This document shows positions 30,833 to 40,062 of a DNA stretch of 64,000 nucleotides, one piece after another; within the stretch, counting starts at the first letter, position 1, and every line of letters begins with the position of its first letter. This DNA is from an uncultured Lentisphaerales bacterium (GTDB lineage: Bacteria > Verrucomicrobiota > Lentisphaeria > JABSQK01 > UBA12247). A program made the position numbers and the translations under genes. The stretch is taken from positions 144,170 to 208,169 of the forward strand of contig CALSSJ010000011.1 of assembly GCA_943788985.1 (NCBI GenBank), in the 5' to 3' direction. The notes beneath the pieces are model-generated. The model made no database searches, was not told the origin of the DNA, and saw nothing but the letters and a program-made list of their open reading frames with translations.

Positions 30833-32858
30833 TGTCTGAATTCTCTTGGTCTGGAGCAAGTTTGTCGCTGCCACGTTTGATGGTGGTCACTTTGGTGATC
30901 GGCTTTACAGCGACGCGACCGCCTCGGGCTTGTGCTCCGCGGATCGGGATGCTGTCGAATTCCACTTCCACCCAGTTCTCCTTTGTGCGCCGCGTAGCCT
31001 CCCATTCGGCGCGAACGACCACACCGTGGCGGTCGAACAGCTTCTCGATCTTACAGCCTTTCGGCACGCAGCTATACTCGCGGTCCACGATAAAGCGGTC
31101 AACGCGAAAACGTTTCGCGTAGCACATTTTGGTTTTTTTATCTCGATATACCAAGCAGTATACTTGAGCCTTGTCCACTTTTCGAATCAGGCTCACAGGC
31201 CCTACGTACAGCTTCTCCGAAAGCGGGATCACCCTGTAAGTGCCATCGGTTTTGAAGATAAGAATCTTATCATATTCGGTGCAGAGAATCGGCTCTTCAG
31301 ATTTTACAGCGGTCCCAATGAACCCGCCTTTCCGGTCGTGGCCGACCTTGATGTTTTTGAGCGCGACCTTACGTGCGTCGACTTGCTTCAACTCACCAAT
31401 GGTCGTCCGGCGTGGGTAGTCAGCGGCGTATTTTTCGTAGAGCCGGTCTAGAAATGAGATCGCAAAATCCGTCATGCTGGCCAGATGCTTGCGGATTTCG
31501 GCCATCCGGGCTTCAATCTCACGCAGCTCGGTCTGGTTCTTTTCGATGTCAAACAGCGAAATGCGGCGGATTGGGATCTTCAGCAAGTCAGCGATGTCGT
31601 CGTCGGTGATTACGCGCTGGATCTGTTTCTGGAAGGGCACAAATCCGTCATAGATTGCCGCGACGATAAGTTCCATAGAGGTACATTCTTCGATCGCCTT
31701 GTAGATCCGGTTCTCGATGAAGATCTGAGCGAGTGTCTTGAAGTGATGTAAATCCAGGAGCTTCCCGAGCTCCAGTTCCAGCTCACGTCGCAGGTCTTCA
31801 ACCAGCTTGGTGGTATTATGCCTGAGCACGTCGCCTACGGTCATTCGAACCGGGCGCTCATTGTAGATCACGAGACAGTTACAGGAGATGCTGACTTCGC
31901 AATTAGTGTGTGCATAGAGCGCTGGCAGCGTGGTGTCTGCATGTATGCCACGCGGGAGCTTGATCTCGATTTCGACGTGTTCTGCTGTGTAGTCCGTGAC
32001 GGACGCGATCTTCACCTTGCCCTTGAATGCGGCGTCTTGAATCGATGCCATCATGCTCTCGGTGGTGGTGGTCGGTGGCAACTGCCGCACGGCCAGAGTT
32101 TTGTCATCGACGATCTCAATATCAGCCCGGACGCGAACCTTGCCCATGCCCTCCTCATACTCACTGACGTCCATACGGCCACCCTGCAGGAAGTCAGGCA
32201 GGATTTCGAACGGCTCGTCTCGCAGGATTGCGACCTGCGCTTGCAGCAGCTCGCCGAAGTTGTGCGATAGAATGCGGGTGGACATGCCTACCGCGATGCC
32301 CTCGCTTCCCTGCATCAGCAGCACTGGGACCTTGGCCGGGAGCGTGACCGGCTCTTTGTTCCGGCCGTCGTATGAGTCTACAAAGTGAGTGATTTCCTTG
32401 TTAAACAGCACCTCGCGAGCCAGAGGGGTAAGCCGACATTCGATGTATCGGGCAGCGGCGGCACCGTCACCCGTCAGGATATTCCCAAAGTTCCCTTGGC
32501 GGTCGATGAAGTACTCTTTGTTTGCAAGATGAACCAAAGCGTTGTAGATCGACATATCGCCATGTGGGTGATATTTCATCACATGGCCGACGATATTCGC
32601 CACCTTGTGAAACTTGCCGTCGTCTACTTCGTGCAGCGAATGCAGGATTCGGCATTGCACAGGTTTCAGGCCGTCATCGAGATGCGGGATTGCTCGGTCG
32701 CGAATCACGTAACTGGCGTACTCGAGAAAGTAGCCAGCCATCATGCCGCGCAGTGAATCCGGATCTGCTTGTTCCTTTAGCGTTTTAACCGCATCGTCGT
32801 CATCGCCATTGCCGAAAGGTAGGCTGAGCTGGGGATCATCGCCTTCATGATCCGTCAT
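30825..32858 (-). CDS. parC: DNA topoisomerase IV subunit A
   Basis: RAIPHLDDGLKPVQ, YHPHGD, AAARYIE (catalytic Tyr), GIAVGMST; short C-terminal domain without an obvious GyrA box. Confidence 0.9.
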   Translation of the reverse strand: MTDHEGDDPQLSLPFGNGDDDDAVKTLKEQADPDSLRGMMAGYFLEYASYVIRDRAIPHLDDGLKPVQCRILHSLHEVDDGKFHKVANIVGHVMKYHPHGDMSIYNALVHLANKEYFIDRQGNFGNILTGDGAAAARYIECRLTPLAREVLFNKEITHFVDSYDGRNKEPVTLPAKVPVLLMQGSEGIAVGMSTRILSHNFGELLQAQVAILRDEPFEILPDFLQGGRMDVSEYEEGMGKVRVRADIEIVDDKTLAVRQLPPTTTTESMMASIQDAAFKGKVKIASVTDYTAEHVEIEIKLPRGIHADTTLPALYAHTNCEVSISCNCLVIYNERPVRMTVGDVLRHNTTKLVEDLRRELELELGKLLDLHHFKTLAQIFIENRIYKAIEECTSMELIVAAIYDGFVPFQKQIQRVITDDDIADLLKIPIRRISLFDIEKNQTELREIEARMAEIRKHLASMTDFAISFLDRLYEKYAADYPRRTTIGELKQVDARKVALKNIKVGHDRKGGFIGTAVKSEEPILCTEYDKILIFKTDGTYRVIPLSEKLYVGPVSLIRKVDKAQVYCLVYRDKKTKMCYAKRFRVDRFIVDREYSCVPKGCKIEKLFDRHGVVVRAEWEATRRTKENWVEVEFDSIPIRGAQARGGRVAVKPITKVTTIKRGSDKLAPDQENSDNE

Positions 32859-34660
32859 GCTGTCATCACCAGATTATCCAGGATATACTGCCGCCGCTCT
32901 GGGGTATTGCTGCCCATGAAGAAGCGCAGGATGTCCGGCACTTCCTGCAGGCGGTCGATGCTGACTTTGAGCAGACGAATGTCCTCCCCGATAAACTGGC
33001 CGAATTCCTTGGGCGAGATTTCTCCCAGGCCCTTGAAGCGCGTCATCTCCGGCCCCCTTATCCGTTCCATCGCCTCGTCACGCTCAGCATCGTCGTAACA
33101 ATACACGGTTTCCTTCTTGTTCCGCACGCGGTACAGCGGCGTTTCGAGGATGTAAAGATGGTCGCTGAGGATCAGCTGTTCGAAATAGTAGAGGAAGAAT
33201 GTCAGCAGCAGATTGCGGATATGCATGCCGTCATCGTCCGCGTCGGTGGCAATCACAACCTTGCTGTAGCGCAGTCCGTCGATGCCATCCTCGATATTCA
33301 GCGCGCGCATGACCGAGTAAAACTCATCGTTGCTTACGATCAGGTCCCGCTTTTTGCCAAAGCAATTCAGCGGCTTGCCCTTCAACGCAAAAATTGCCTG
33401 CGTATACACATCCCGACAGCTCACCATCGAACCGGCTGCAGACTCCCCTTCCGTGAGGAAGAGCATCGTATTGGCACCCTTCTCTGGATTGCGGTTTAGG
33501 TGGTACTTGCAGTCCTTCAGCTTGGGGATCTGCAGCGAGACCCTCTTGGCTTTCTCTTTACTGGCCTTCTTGACCGCCTGTATTTCCTTGCGAAGCTTCT
33601 CATTCTCGGTCACCTTGCCCAAAATCGCCTCGGCAATCTCTGGGTTCTGGTGCAGTGCTTTGGCAATTGCGTCTTTAATCGTGGCGACCAAGTCTGCGCG
33701 GATCTCGGTGTTGCCCAGCTTATTCTTCGTCTGGGATTCGAAGATAGGCTCGCGAAGCTTGATAGCGATTACGCCGAAGACACCGTTGCGGACATCATCC
33801 GGATGGTGGGATTTGCGAGCAAACTCATTGATGCCTTTGAGAATCCCCTCCCGAAATGCCGACTGATGGGTGCCGCCGTCGTTCGTGTACTGCCCGTTCA
33901 CAAAGGAGTAGTAATTCTCCCCGAACGAGGATGTATGCGAGAAGGCGAATTCCAGCTGATCGCTCTTATGATGGAGAATGTCGTAGAGCGTATCACCCTC
34001 GATCTTCTCCTGCAGCAAGTCGAACAAACCGTGCCGAGAATAGATCCGCTCGCCGTTAAGCAGCAGGGCCAGGCCGCTGTTCAGGTATGCGTAGTTCCAC
34101 AGGCGCTTGCGAATGTACTTCTCGTCGAACTTAAACTTAGGAAAAAGATCCAGGGCAGGGGTGAAGGACACCTTGGTGCCGTCGGGTTCGTCAGTCTTGC
34201 CCTCGTCTTCCAGTTCCAGCACGCCGTTGCGGAAGATGGCCCGCTTGAACTTTCCCTCCCGGTGCGATGTGATCTCAAACTCAGCGGACAGCGCATTTAC
34301 CGCCTTGGTGCCCACTCCGTTTAACCCCACTGAAAACTGAAACACATCCGTATTGAATTTTGCCCCCGTGTTGATCTTGGAGACACAGTCCACTACCTTG
34401 CCGAGCGGAACCCCGCGGCCGAAATCACGGATTGTCGTCGTTTGCTCTTGGACATCAAGCTCGACTTTTTTGCCGTAGCCCATGATGTACTCGTCGATAC
34501 AATTGTCGACCACCTCCTTGATCAGGATGTAGATGCCGTCCTCAGCATGCGAGCCATTTCCCATTCTGCCGATGTACATACCCGGCCTGGCGCGGATGTG
34601 CTCGAGCGAGCTGAGGGTCTTGATGGAGTCGTCTGTGTATTGGTGGTCCGTTTGGGCCAT
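32855..34660 (-). CDS. parE: DNA topoisomerase IV subunit B
   Basis: EHIRARPGMYIG, EVVDNCIDE, GLNGVG, LTEGESA, ATDADDDGMHI, RFKGLGEI. Confidence 0.92.
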   Translation of the reverse strand: MAQTDHQYTDDSIKTLSSLEHIRARPGMYIGRMGNGSHAEDGIYILIKEVVDNCIDEYIMGYGKKVELDVQEQTTTIRDFGRGVPLGKVVDCVSKINTGAKFNTDVFQFSVGLNGVGTKAVNALSAEFEITSHREGKFKRAIFRNGVLELEDEGKTDEPDGTKVSFTPALDLFPKFKFDEKYIRKRLWNYAYLNSGLALLLNGERIYSRHGLFDLLQEKIEGDTLYDILHHKSDQLEFAFSHTSSFGENYYSFVNGQYTNDGGTHQSAFREGILKGINEFARKSHHPDDVRNGVFGVIAIKLREPIFESQTKNKLGNTEIRADLVATIKDAIAKALHQNPEIAEAILGKVTENEKLRKEIQAVKKASKEKAKRVSLQIPKLKDCKYHLNRNPEKGANTMLFLTEGESAAGSMVSCRDVYTQAIFALKGKPLNCFGKKRDLIVSNDEFYSVMRALNIEDGIDGLRYSKVVIATDADDDGMHIRNLLLTFFLYYFEQLILSDHLYILETPLYRVRNKKETVYCYDDAERDEAMERIRGPEMTRFKGLGEISPKEFGQFIGEDIRLLKVSIDRLQEVPDILRFFMGSNTPERRQYILDNLVMTA

Positions 34661-34836
34661 TCGCGTGTTCGTCTCCCTGTAAGGCTGATTATACTCGGAT
34701 CAATCGCCCGGTTCGCACGCCGATGGCGCGCGCCACGCGGCTACAAAAACTAGCGTCGAGCGAGCTGAAATGCAATGATAATCTTGCCTGATCTGGGGAT
34801 ATTCTCCAGCGCGGCATCCGCAGAGGCAGGCTTTGC

Positions 34837-35310
34837 TCAGGTCTTGCGCTCATAGGTGGCGAAGCGGTATGGGTAATCCCCGTCCTCTTGCCTCGCGGAT
34901 TCGCTCACGCACTCCCAAGCTGCCAGGTCCAAATCCGGAAATGCAACATCGCCCGCCACATCCGCATCCACCCAAGTCAATTCCAGCCGCGTCGCGAGCG
35001 GCAGCGCAGCCGCGTAAATAGCGCGACCGCCGATCACGTAGAGATCTTGCGCAGCTGCGAGTTTTGCGGACTCCGCAAGAGTTGTCACACAGGTCGCGCC
35101 GTCTGCCTCGTACGTCGGGTTTCGGGTCATTACCAAATTGAGTCGCTTGGGTAGGGCGAACGGGAGGCTCTCCCAGGTCTTGCGGCCCATCACGATGGCC
35201 TGCCCCGTGGTCAACTTCCTGAAGCGCTTTAAGTCACTGGGTAGCCGCCACGGTAAGGTGTTGTCTCGGCCGATGATCCCGTTCCGGGCAATCGCTGCGA
35301 TGATAATCAT
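34837..35310 (-). CDS. folA: Dihydrofolate reductase
   Basis: IGRDNTLPWRLPSDLKRF, MGRKTWESL, LPKRLN, VIGGRAIY. Confidence 0.96.
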   Translation of the reverse strand: MIIIAAIARNGIIGRDNTLPWRLPSDLKRFRKLTTGQAIVMGRKTWESLPFALPKRLNLVMTRNPTYEADGATCVTTLAESAKLAAAQDLYVIGGRAIYAAALPLATRLELTWVDADVAGDVAFPDLDLAAWECVSESARQEDGDYPYRFATYERKT

Positions 35311-36302
35311 GCTTCTCCTAGGGCGGCTAGCTTGCGATACAAGCGGGCACGGGAAATGCCCAGCAGCTCTGCCGTCTTCACTTTGTTACGCCCGGTCGAT
35401 TCGTAGACTGCGACGACGTGGCGCAGAATTGCAGCGTCCAACGTCGCGTCGGGCTCCGTAGCCATGGTCTCGGGAATTGCGGGCTCCGTAACCTTTGCTG
35501 CTGGTGTTGGCGGGGCCTCCCAGCTGTCATCCAGCATCACGTGCTCCGGGCCGACCACGCCATCAGCGAACAGGACCACGGTCTGGATCACCCGATGTAG
35601 CTCCCGCAGGTTCCCTGGCCAATCCCAGGCTATCAGCTTGTTGAACGCGTCTGGGTGAAGAGCGGTAATGGTCTTATCGGCCCGCTGGGCGCAGAGCTGC
35701 AGCTCCATGGCGATCAGAGCTGGTAGGTCTTCACGGCGATCTCGCAACGCCGGAATGTGCAGGGTGATGCCATTGAGGCGATGGTAAAGATCCTGGCGAA
35801 ACTCTCCCTGCTGTGCCCACTCACGCAGCGGCCGATTGGTGGCAGAGAGCACGCGCACGTCGGCATAGCGCATCTCTTCTGCACCAAGCGGCTCGAACTT
35901 ACCGTATTCGACCGCGCGCAGGATTTTGGCTTGCGCGGTTGGGCTCATGTCGGCGATTTCATCTAGAAACAGCGTGCCTTCGTGGGCGGCGGGAAACTTC
36001 CCGATCACCTTGCGATTGGCGCCAGTAAACGCGCCTTTCTCATGGCCAAAAAGCTGACTTTCTAAGAGCGTGTCTGTCATCGCAGAGGCATTGAACGAGA
36101 CGAACGTGCTGTCGCTACGCAACGAGGACAGATGTATGGCGTGGGCCAGCAGCGTTTTGCCAGTGCCGGTCTCGCCTTGCAGCAGCAGAGGCAGGTCACT
36201 CCGCGCAGCTTCGCGTGCCAGCTTGAGGCAGCGCTGCATGGCTGGCGTCTGCGACGTCAGCTCATCTAGGTTGAACTGCAGCGGCTGCCGGCGTGCATTC
36301 AT
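35307..36302 (-). CDS. Sigma-54 enhancer-binding protein lacking an N-terminal regulatory domain
   Basis: GETGTGKT, ESQLFGHEKGAFTGA, LFLDEI, FRQDLYHRL, WPGNLREL, Fis-type HTH AELLGISRARLYRKL. Confidence 0.92.
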   Translation of the reverse strand: MNARRQPLQFNLDELTSQTPAMQRCLKLAREAARSDLPLLLQGETGTGKTLLAHAIHLSSLRSDSTFVSFNASAMTDTLLESQLFGHEKGAFTGANRKVIGKFPAAHEGTLFLDEIADMSPTAQAKILRAVEYGKFEPLGAEEMRYADVRVLSATNRPLREWAQQGEFRQDLYHRLNGITLHIPALRDRREDLPALIAMELQLCAQRADKTITALHPDAFNKLIAWDWPGNLRELHRVIQTVVLFADGVVGPEHVMLDDSWEAPPTPAAKVTEPAIPETMATEPDATLDAAILRHVVAVYESTGRNKVKTAELLGISRARLYRKLAALGEA

Positions 36303-37012
36303 CTCTTGCTCAGACAGGCCCGTTGTAGGTCCAAAATTTCGCGGATTGCGGAGTCCGCAAGTCTCAGCATGCTGTCCATCTGCGCGCGGGAGAAAGTCTT
36401 GCCTTCAGCTGTGCCTTGGAGTTCGACATACTCGCCGTTCTCCGCCATGATCACATTCAAGTCGACATCCGCACCGCTGTCTTCGATGTAGTTCAGATCG
36501 GCTACTGGGACGCCGTCCACGATGCCGACACTGATCGCAGCGATGGGATTGACGATGGGAATGGTGCTAATCTTGCCTTCAGCGAAGAGCTTGCTGAGTG
36601 CCAAGCTTAGTGCGACCATGCCACCGTTGATGCTGGCGCAGCGAGTGCCGCCATCGGCATCCAATACATCACAGTCAATATAAACGGAGTGATCGCCAAG
36701 CTTGGTCATGTCCACCGAAGCGCGTAGGCAGCGGCCGATCAGGCGTTGGATCTCGGTGGCGCGACTGTTAGGGCGCCGCGATCCGCGCCGGCCGGTGGAG
36801 GCTGGTAGCATCTGGTACTCTGCTGTGACCCAGCCGCCTGGTTTGCCCTCTTCACGCATCCAGCGGGGGGCGCCTGGGGTGACGGAAGCCGTGCAGATCA
36901 CGCGCGTGTTACCGCATTCGATGAGCACGGAGCCGTCTGCATTGCGGGAGAAATTTGGAGTGAACTGATGCGGGCGAATCTGCCCGGGAGTACGGCCGTC
37001 AGGACGAGACAT
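36299..37012 (-). CDS. rph: Ribonuclease PH
   Basis: RPDGR, GWVTAEYQMLPAST, EIQRLIGR, DADGGTRCASI, DLNYIEDS, ELQGTAE. Confidence 0.96.
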   Translation of the reverse strand: MSRPDGRTPGQIRPHQFTPNFSRNADGSVLIECGNTRVICTASVTPGAPRWMREEGKPGGWVTAEYQMLPASTGRRGSRRPNSRATEIQRLIGRCLRASVDMTKLGDHSVYIDCDVLDADGGTRCASINGGMVALSLALSKLFAEGKISTIPIVNPIAAISVGIVDGVPVADLNYIEDSGADVDLNVIMAENGEYVELQGTAEGKTFSRAQMDSMLRLADSAIREILDLQRACLSKR

Positions 37013-37046
37013 AATGGTTCCTTCTGATACGCTGGGTGCGGATGGC

Positions 37047-38513
37047 TTATTCTTCTCCGAGATGGGCCATCCGAGGGATGCGATACCGCATCTGGACGAG
37101 CTTCGTCTCGCTGCCGAGAGACGCGGTGTCGATCACGATGCGTTCGCTGTTATGGCGAAACCGGATCGTTTGAAACTCCGGATCCGTGGCCTGAAATGCG
37201 GCAACTAGGTCTTCGAGGCTTTGTATCTCCGCATCATTCACACTCTTGACCATCTCAAAGCGAAAGTGCTGGTAGCCGATGTTGCCGGGGGTCGGCAGGA
37301 CGCGGGTGAGAATGACTAGGCGTTTATCTGGGCCGATGAGATCCCACTGGTTGCGTTCGTAGTAGACGAGGCGGCGCGGCGCGGCTGAGGGCCAGTCGCC
37401 GCCCCAGGACTTAAGCATTTCGCGGCACAACTCCTGAAAGACGAACCCGCCCACGATCACAAAGCGTGGCGGTCTGTCATAGAGGAAAGGCAGGGATGGA
37501 TACTCATCAAGTGCCAGTGGCTTGAGCGTCATTGACAGCTCCATGAACTCACCATCGCGCAGGACGGTAAGGGGAACGACATCACCAGAGACATGGCGTG
37601 TGGTGGTGAGGTGCGCGATTGATTGACGGTCAAAATCAGGATCCACGTACTCGCCGCGGCGATCGATGTCAAATCCAGCCACACTAAGCAGAACATCGCC
37701 AGCTTCGAGGCCAGCCAGCTCAGCGGCCCCACCCGGGCCGACATCGGAGATATAGACGCCGTCCCTTTTCCCATTTAGCTTGGCGTATTTCCGCAGCTGT
37801 GGATCTTCCATATTGGAGAAGCTGAAGCCAGCCCGCGGAAACCCTTGGTATTCGCCATCGTCCAAGTCTGTGAGGAAGCGGGAAATGACCATGGCTGGAA
37901 TCACCGTCATGGACTGACCCGTGGCCGTGTAGGACATGGAGAGGCCGATCAGCTTGCCGCCTGCCAACACGGGCAGCACGAAGCTGCTCCCGACCGGTGC
38001 CAGCTTGATGTCCAGCTTGTAGATAAGCATGGCACTGTCGGAGCCGTACATCCCGAGTTCGATTGCCTTGATCCTACCCTCTCCGAGCACTGGGGTGCCG
38101 TTGTTCTCGAATTGCCAGACGGCTGTGGCATCACCGACTGCCTTGACATCGGTAAGGGCCAACGCCTCGTGTTTACTGGTGAAGCTCGCATCAAGGGCCT
38201 CTACGAGTGCCAGATTTGTCAGATAGTCCACGTGCTTGACCCGCGCTGTGGATTTTCCGGGCTCCCCGACGCGTTCCAACTCGACGAATGTCGCGTTGCG
38301 GACGAGGTCTGCCGTGACCAGAAACTGATTCGGTCGCACGCAGGTGCCCAGGCCTCGGCGGCTGCTCGGCTTGGTCTTGCGCCAGGGTTGGAGAAATACG
38401 TAGCTCTGGCTGGTGACGTGTACGCGGATGACGGACTTGGTCGGGGCATCTTGCCCAGCAGACACGAGAACAGGAAGAGAGAATAAAAGGATGGATGCGA
38501 CGAGAGCTTTCAT
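37047..38513 (-). CDS. Deg/HtrA-like PDZ protein with degenerate catalytic motifs (probable pseudoprotease)
   Basis: Signal peptide; same architecture as its neighbour but TADLV replaces TNAHVV and APVGSSFVLPV replaces NPGNSGGPV. Confidence 0.8.
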   Translation of the reverse strand: MKALVASILLFSLPVLVSAGQDAPTKSVIRVHVTSQSYVFLQPWRKTKPSSRRGLGTCVRPNQFLVTADLVRNATFVELERVGEPGKSTARVKHVDYLTNLALVEALDASFTSKHEALALTDVKAVGDATAVWQFENNGTPVLGEGRIKAIELGMYGSDSAMLIYKLDIKLAPVGSSFVLPVLAGGKLIGLSMSYTATGQSMTVIPAMVISRFLTDLDDGEYQGFPRAGFSFSNMEDPQLRKYAKLNGKRDGVYISDVGPGGAAELAGLEAGDVLLSVAGFDIDRRGEYVDPDFDRQSIAHLTTTRHVSGDVVPLTVLRDGEFMELSMTLKPLALDEYPSLPFLYDRPPRFVIVGGFVFQELCREMLKSWGGDWPSAAPRRLVYYERNQWDLIGPDKRLVILTRVLPTPGNIGYQHFRFEMVKSVNDAEIQSLEDLVAAFQATDPEFQTIRFRHNSERIVIDTASLGSETKLVQMRYRIPRMAHLGEE

Positions 38514-39982
38514 TTCTGTTCCTCCTGCTTTTGGTCCAGCCCGAGATAGCGCTCCTGCGTGATCCCGTAGGTCGACAGGATGCGCTGTCTGGCCGCTTCT
38601 ACTTGCGCAGCTTCGATCACCAGCGGTCGGCCCTGGCCGACTAGGCGAATGACATGATGAGCGACGTCTTGGTCGATCGCTTCAGCGAGATCGGCGAGAC
38701 CTCGGATGGTCTTGCCGTTTACTTCTTCAACGACACCGTTGCGGAGTTCGCGAAAATAGCTGTTAATGCTATCTGGAATCATCTCGCTGAAGACGACGAT
38801 TTCGGGGTGGTCTAGGTAGATCTCGTCGGAGACAAAGTATGAGTAGCGATACATGACCTCGAGGTCGTCGATGCTGTAGGTGGAAAGGAAGTTGCGATCC
38901 ACCGGCTGAAACAGCAGGCCTGCGAATAGCACGAAGCGAGGCCGTACGTCGTAGGTCTTGGCGAGAATGCGGTAGGGCCAGGCTCCCTTCAACGTGACAT
39001 CCACGTCGATCGTTTCCCGATTTCTAATTACACCGAAGCACACGATATCGCCATGAAACTTGCGCTCTACAATCTCTTCCAGTTGGACAGAGCCACCGTC
39101 GAGCACAATCTGGCCATCGCTGCTGATGCGGTGGCCGTCAATGGCGATGAGTACATCGTCCACCTGCAAGGCACCGTGAGCGGAGCCAACCTGGGGAATT
39201 GAGGTGACCAGCACGCCGGTGTCGTCATCCACTAGTGCCAAGCTGCGTCGCAATGCCGGGTTCTGCAGCGTCTGGTAGTTTACAGCCAGTTCGACATAGC
39301 CGTCATAGCTGCCGTCCTCGATGTCCTTGACGAAGCGCTTCATGACAGGCGTCGGGATCATGTAACCGGTGTTCTGCGCGACAGCTCCACTGAGGCCCTG
39401 AAATGCTACGCCAACGCACTTTCCGTCTTGCAAGACCGGGCCGCCGCTATTTCCGGGGTTGATCGCTGCATCAATTTGAATTGCCAGATGCGCGTCGAGG
39501 GAGGAATGGCTGTAGGTGCGAAATTCGATGCGTGAGACCACGCCGCGTGTGACGGACATGCGTTCGCCGCCAATCGGGTAGCCGTAGGTCGTGACCGTGG
39601 AATGCAGATCCGGAATGTCGCCAAAAGAGAGCGAGGCCATACCCTTGAAGAAGCTTGGATCTTCGACCGTGAGCAGGGCCAAGTCACAGTCATGGGCGAT
39701 GTGCAGGATTTGCGCGGGGTACTCGTTGGGGTCACCATCGCGCTCGACTGTGATCAGCCGGGAATTACTGACCACGTGTGCATTGGTCATGATCTGGCGC
39801 TCGCCGATCAGAAAGCCACTGCCAACTCCGCCCCCGACGCTCCCAGAGCTCCACGGTTGCCGGTAGTCCGGGGACTGGGCAGCAACGCTAATGCGAACGA
39901 CGCAGTTACGCAGGCGCTCGACTTCCTCGTTTGCAGCTGAGGCAAGAAACGGGTATAACAGAAGGGCAAAAAGGATGCGCAT
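38510..39982 (-). CDS. Deg/HtrA-family serine protease with two PDZ-type domains
   Basis: GSGF, TNAHVV, CDLALL, IQIDAAINPGNSGGPV; signal peptide. Confidence 0.93.
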   Translation of the reverse strand: MRILFALLLYPFLASAANEEVERLRNCVVRISVAAQSPDYRQPWSSGSVGGGVGSGFLIGERQIMTNAHVVSNSRLITVERDGDPNEYPAQILHIAHDCDLALLTVEDPSFFKGMASLSFGDIPDLHSTVTTYGYPIGGERMSVTRGVVSRIEFRTYSHSSLDAHLAIQIDAAINPGNSGGPVLQDGKCVGVAFQGLSGAVAQNTGYMIPTPVMKRFVKDIEDGSYDGYVELAVNYQTLQNPALRRSLALVDDDTGVLVTSIPQVGSAHGALQVDDVLIAIDGHRISSDGQIVLDGGSVQLEEIVERKFHGDIVCFGVIRNRETIDVDVTLKGAWPYRILAKTYDVRPRFVLFAGLLFQPVDRNFLSTYSIDDLEVMYRYSYFVSDEIYLDHPEIVVFSEMIPDSINSYFRELRNGVVEEVNGKTIRGLADLAEAIDQDVAHHVIRLVGQGRPLVIEAAQVEAARQRILSTYGITQERYLGLDQKQEEQK

Positions 39983-40062
39983 AGAAGAACCGGCTGAATC
40001 TTGTGTAGGGGAGAGGGAAGGCCCACGCGGGCCGTCAAACGGCGGGCGTCTTCGAGCCCGCT

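Noticed and set aside
30825..34660. Calling the pair gyrB/gyrA
   Set aside because: Short A subunit with no GyrA box and a compact B subunit fit topoisomerase IV better; phylogeny needed to be certain
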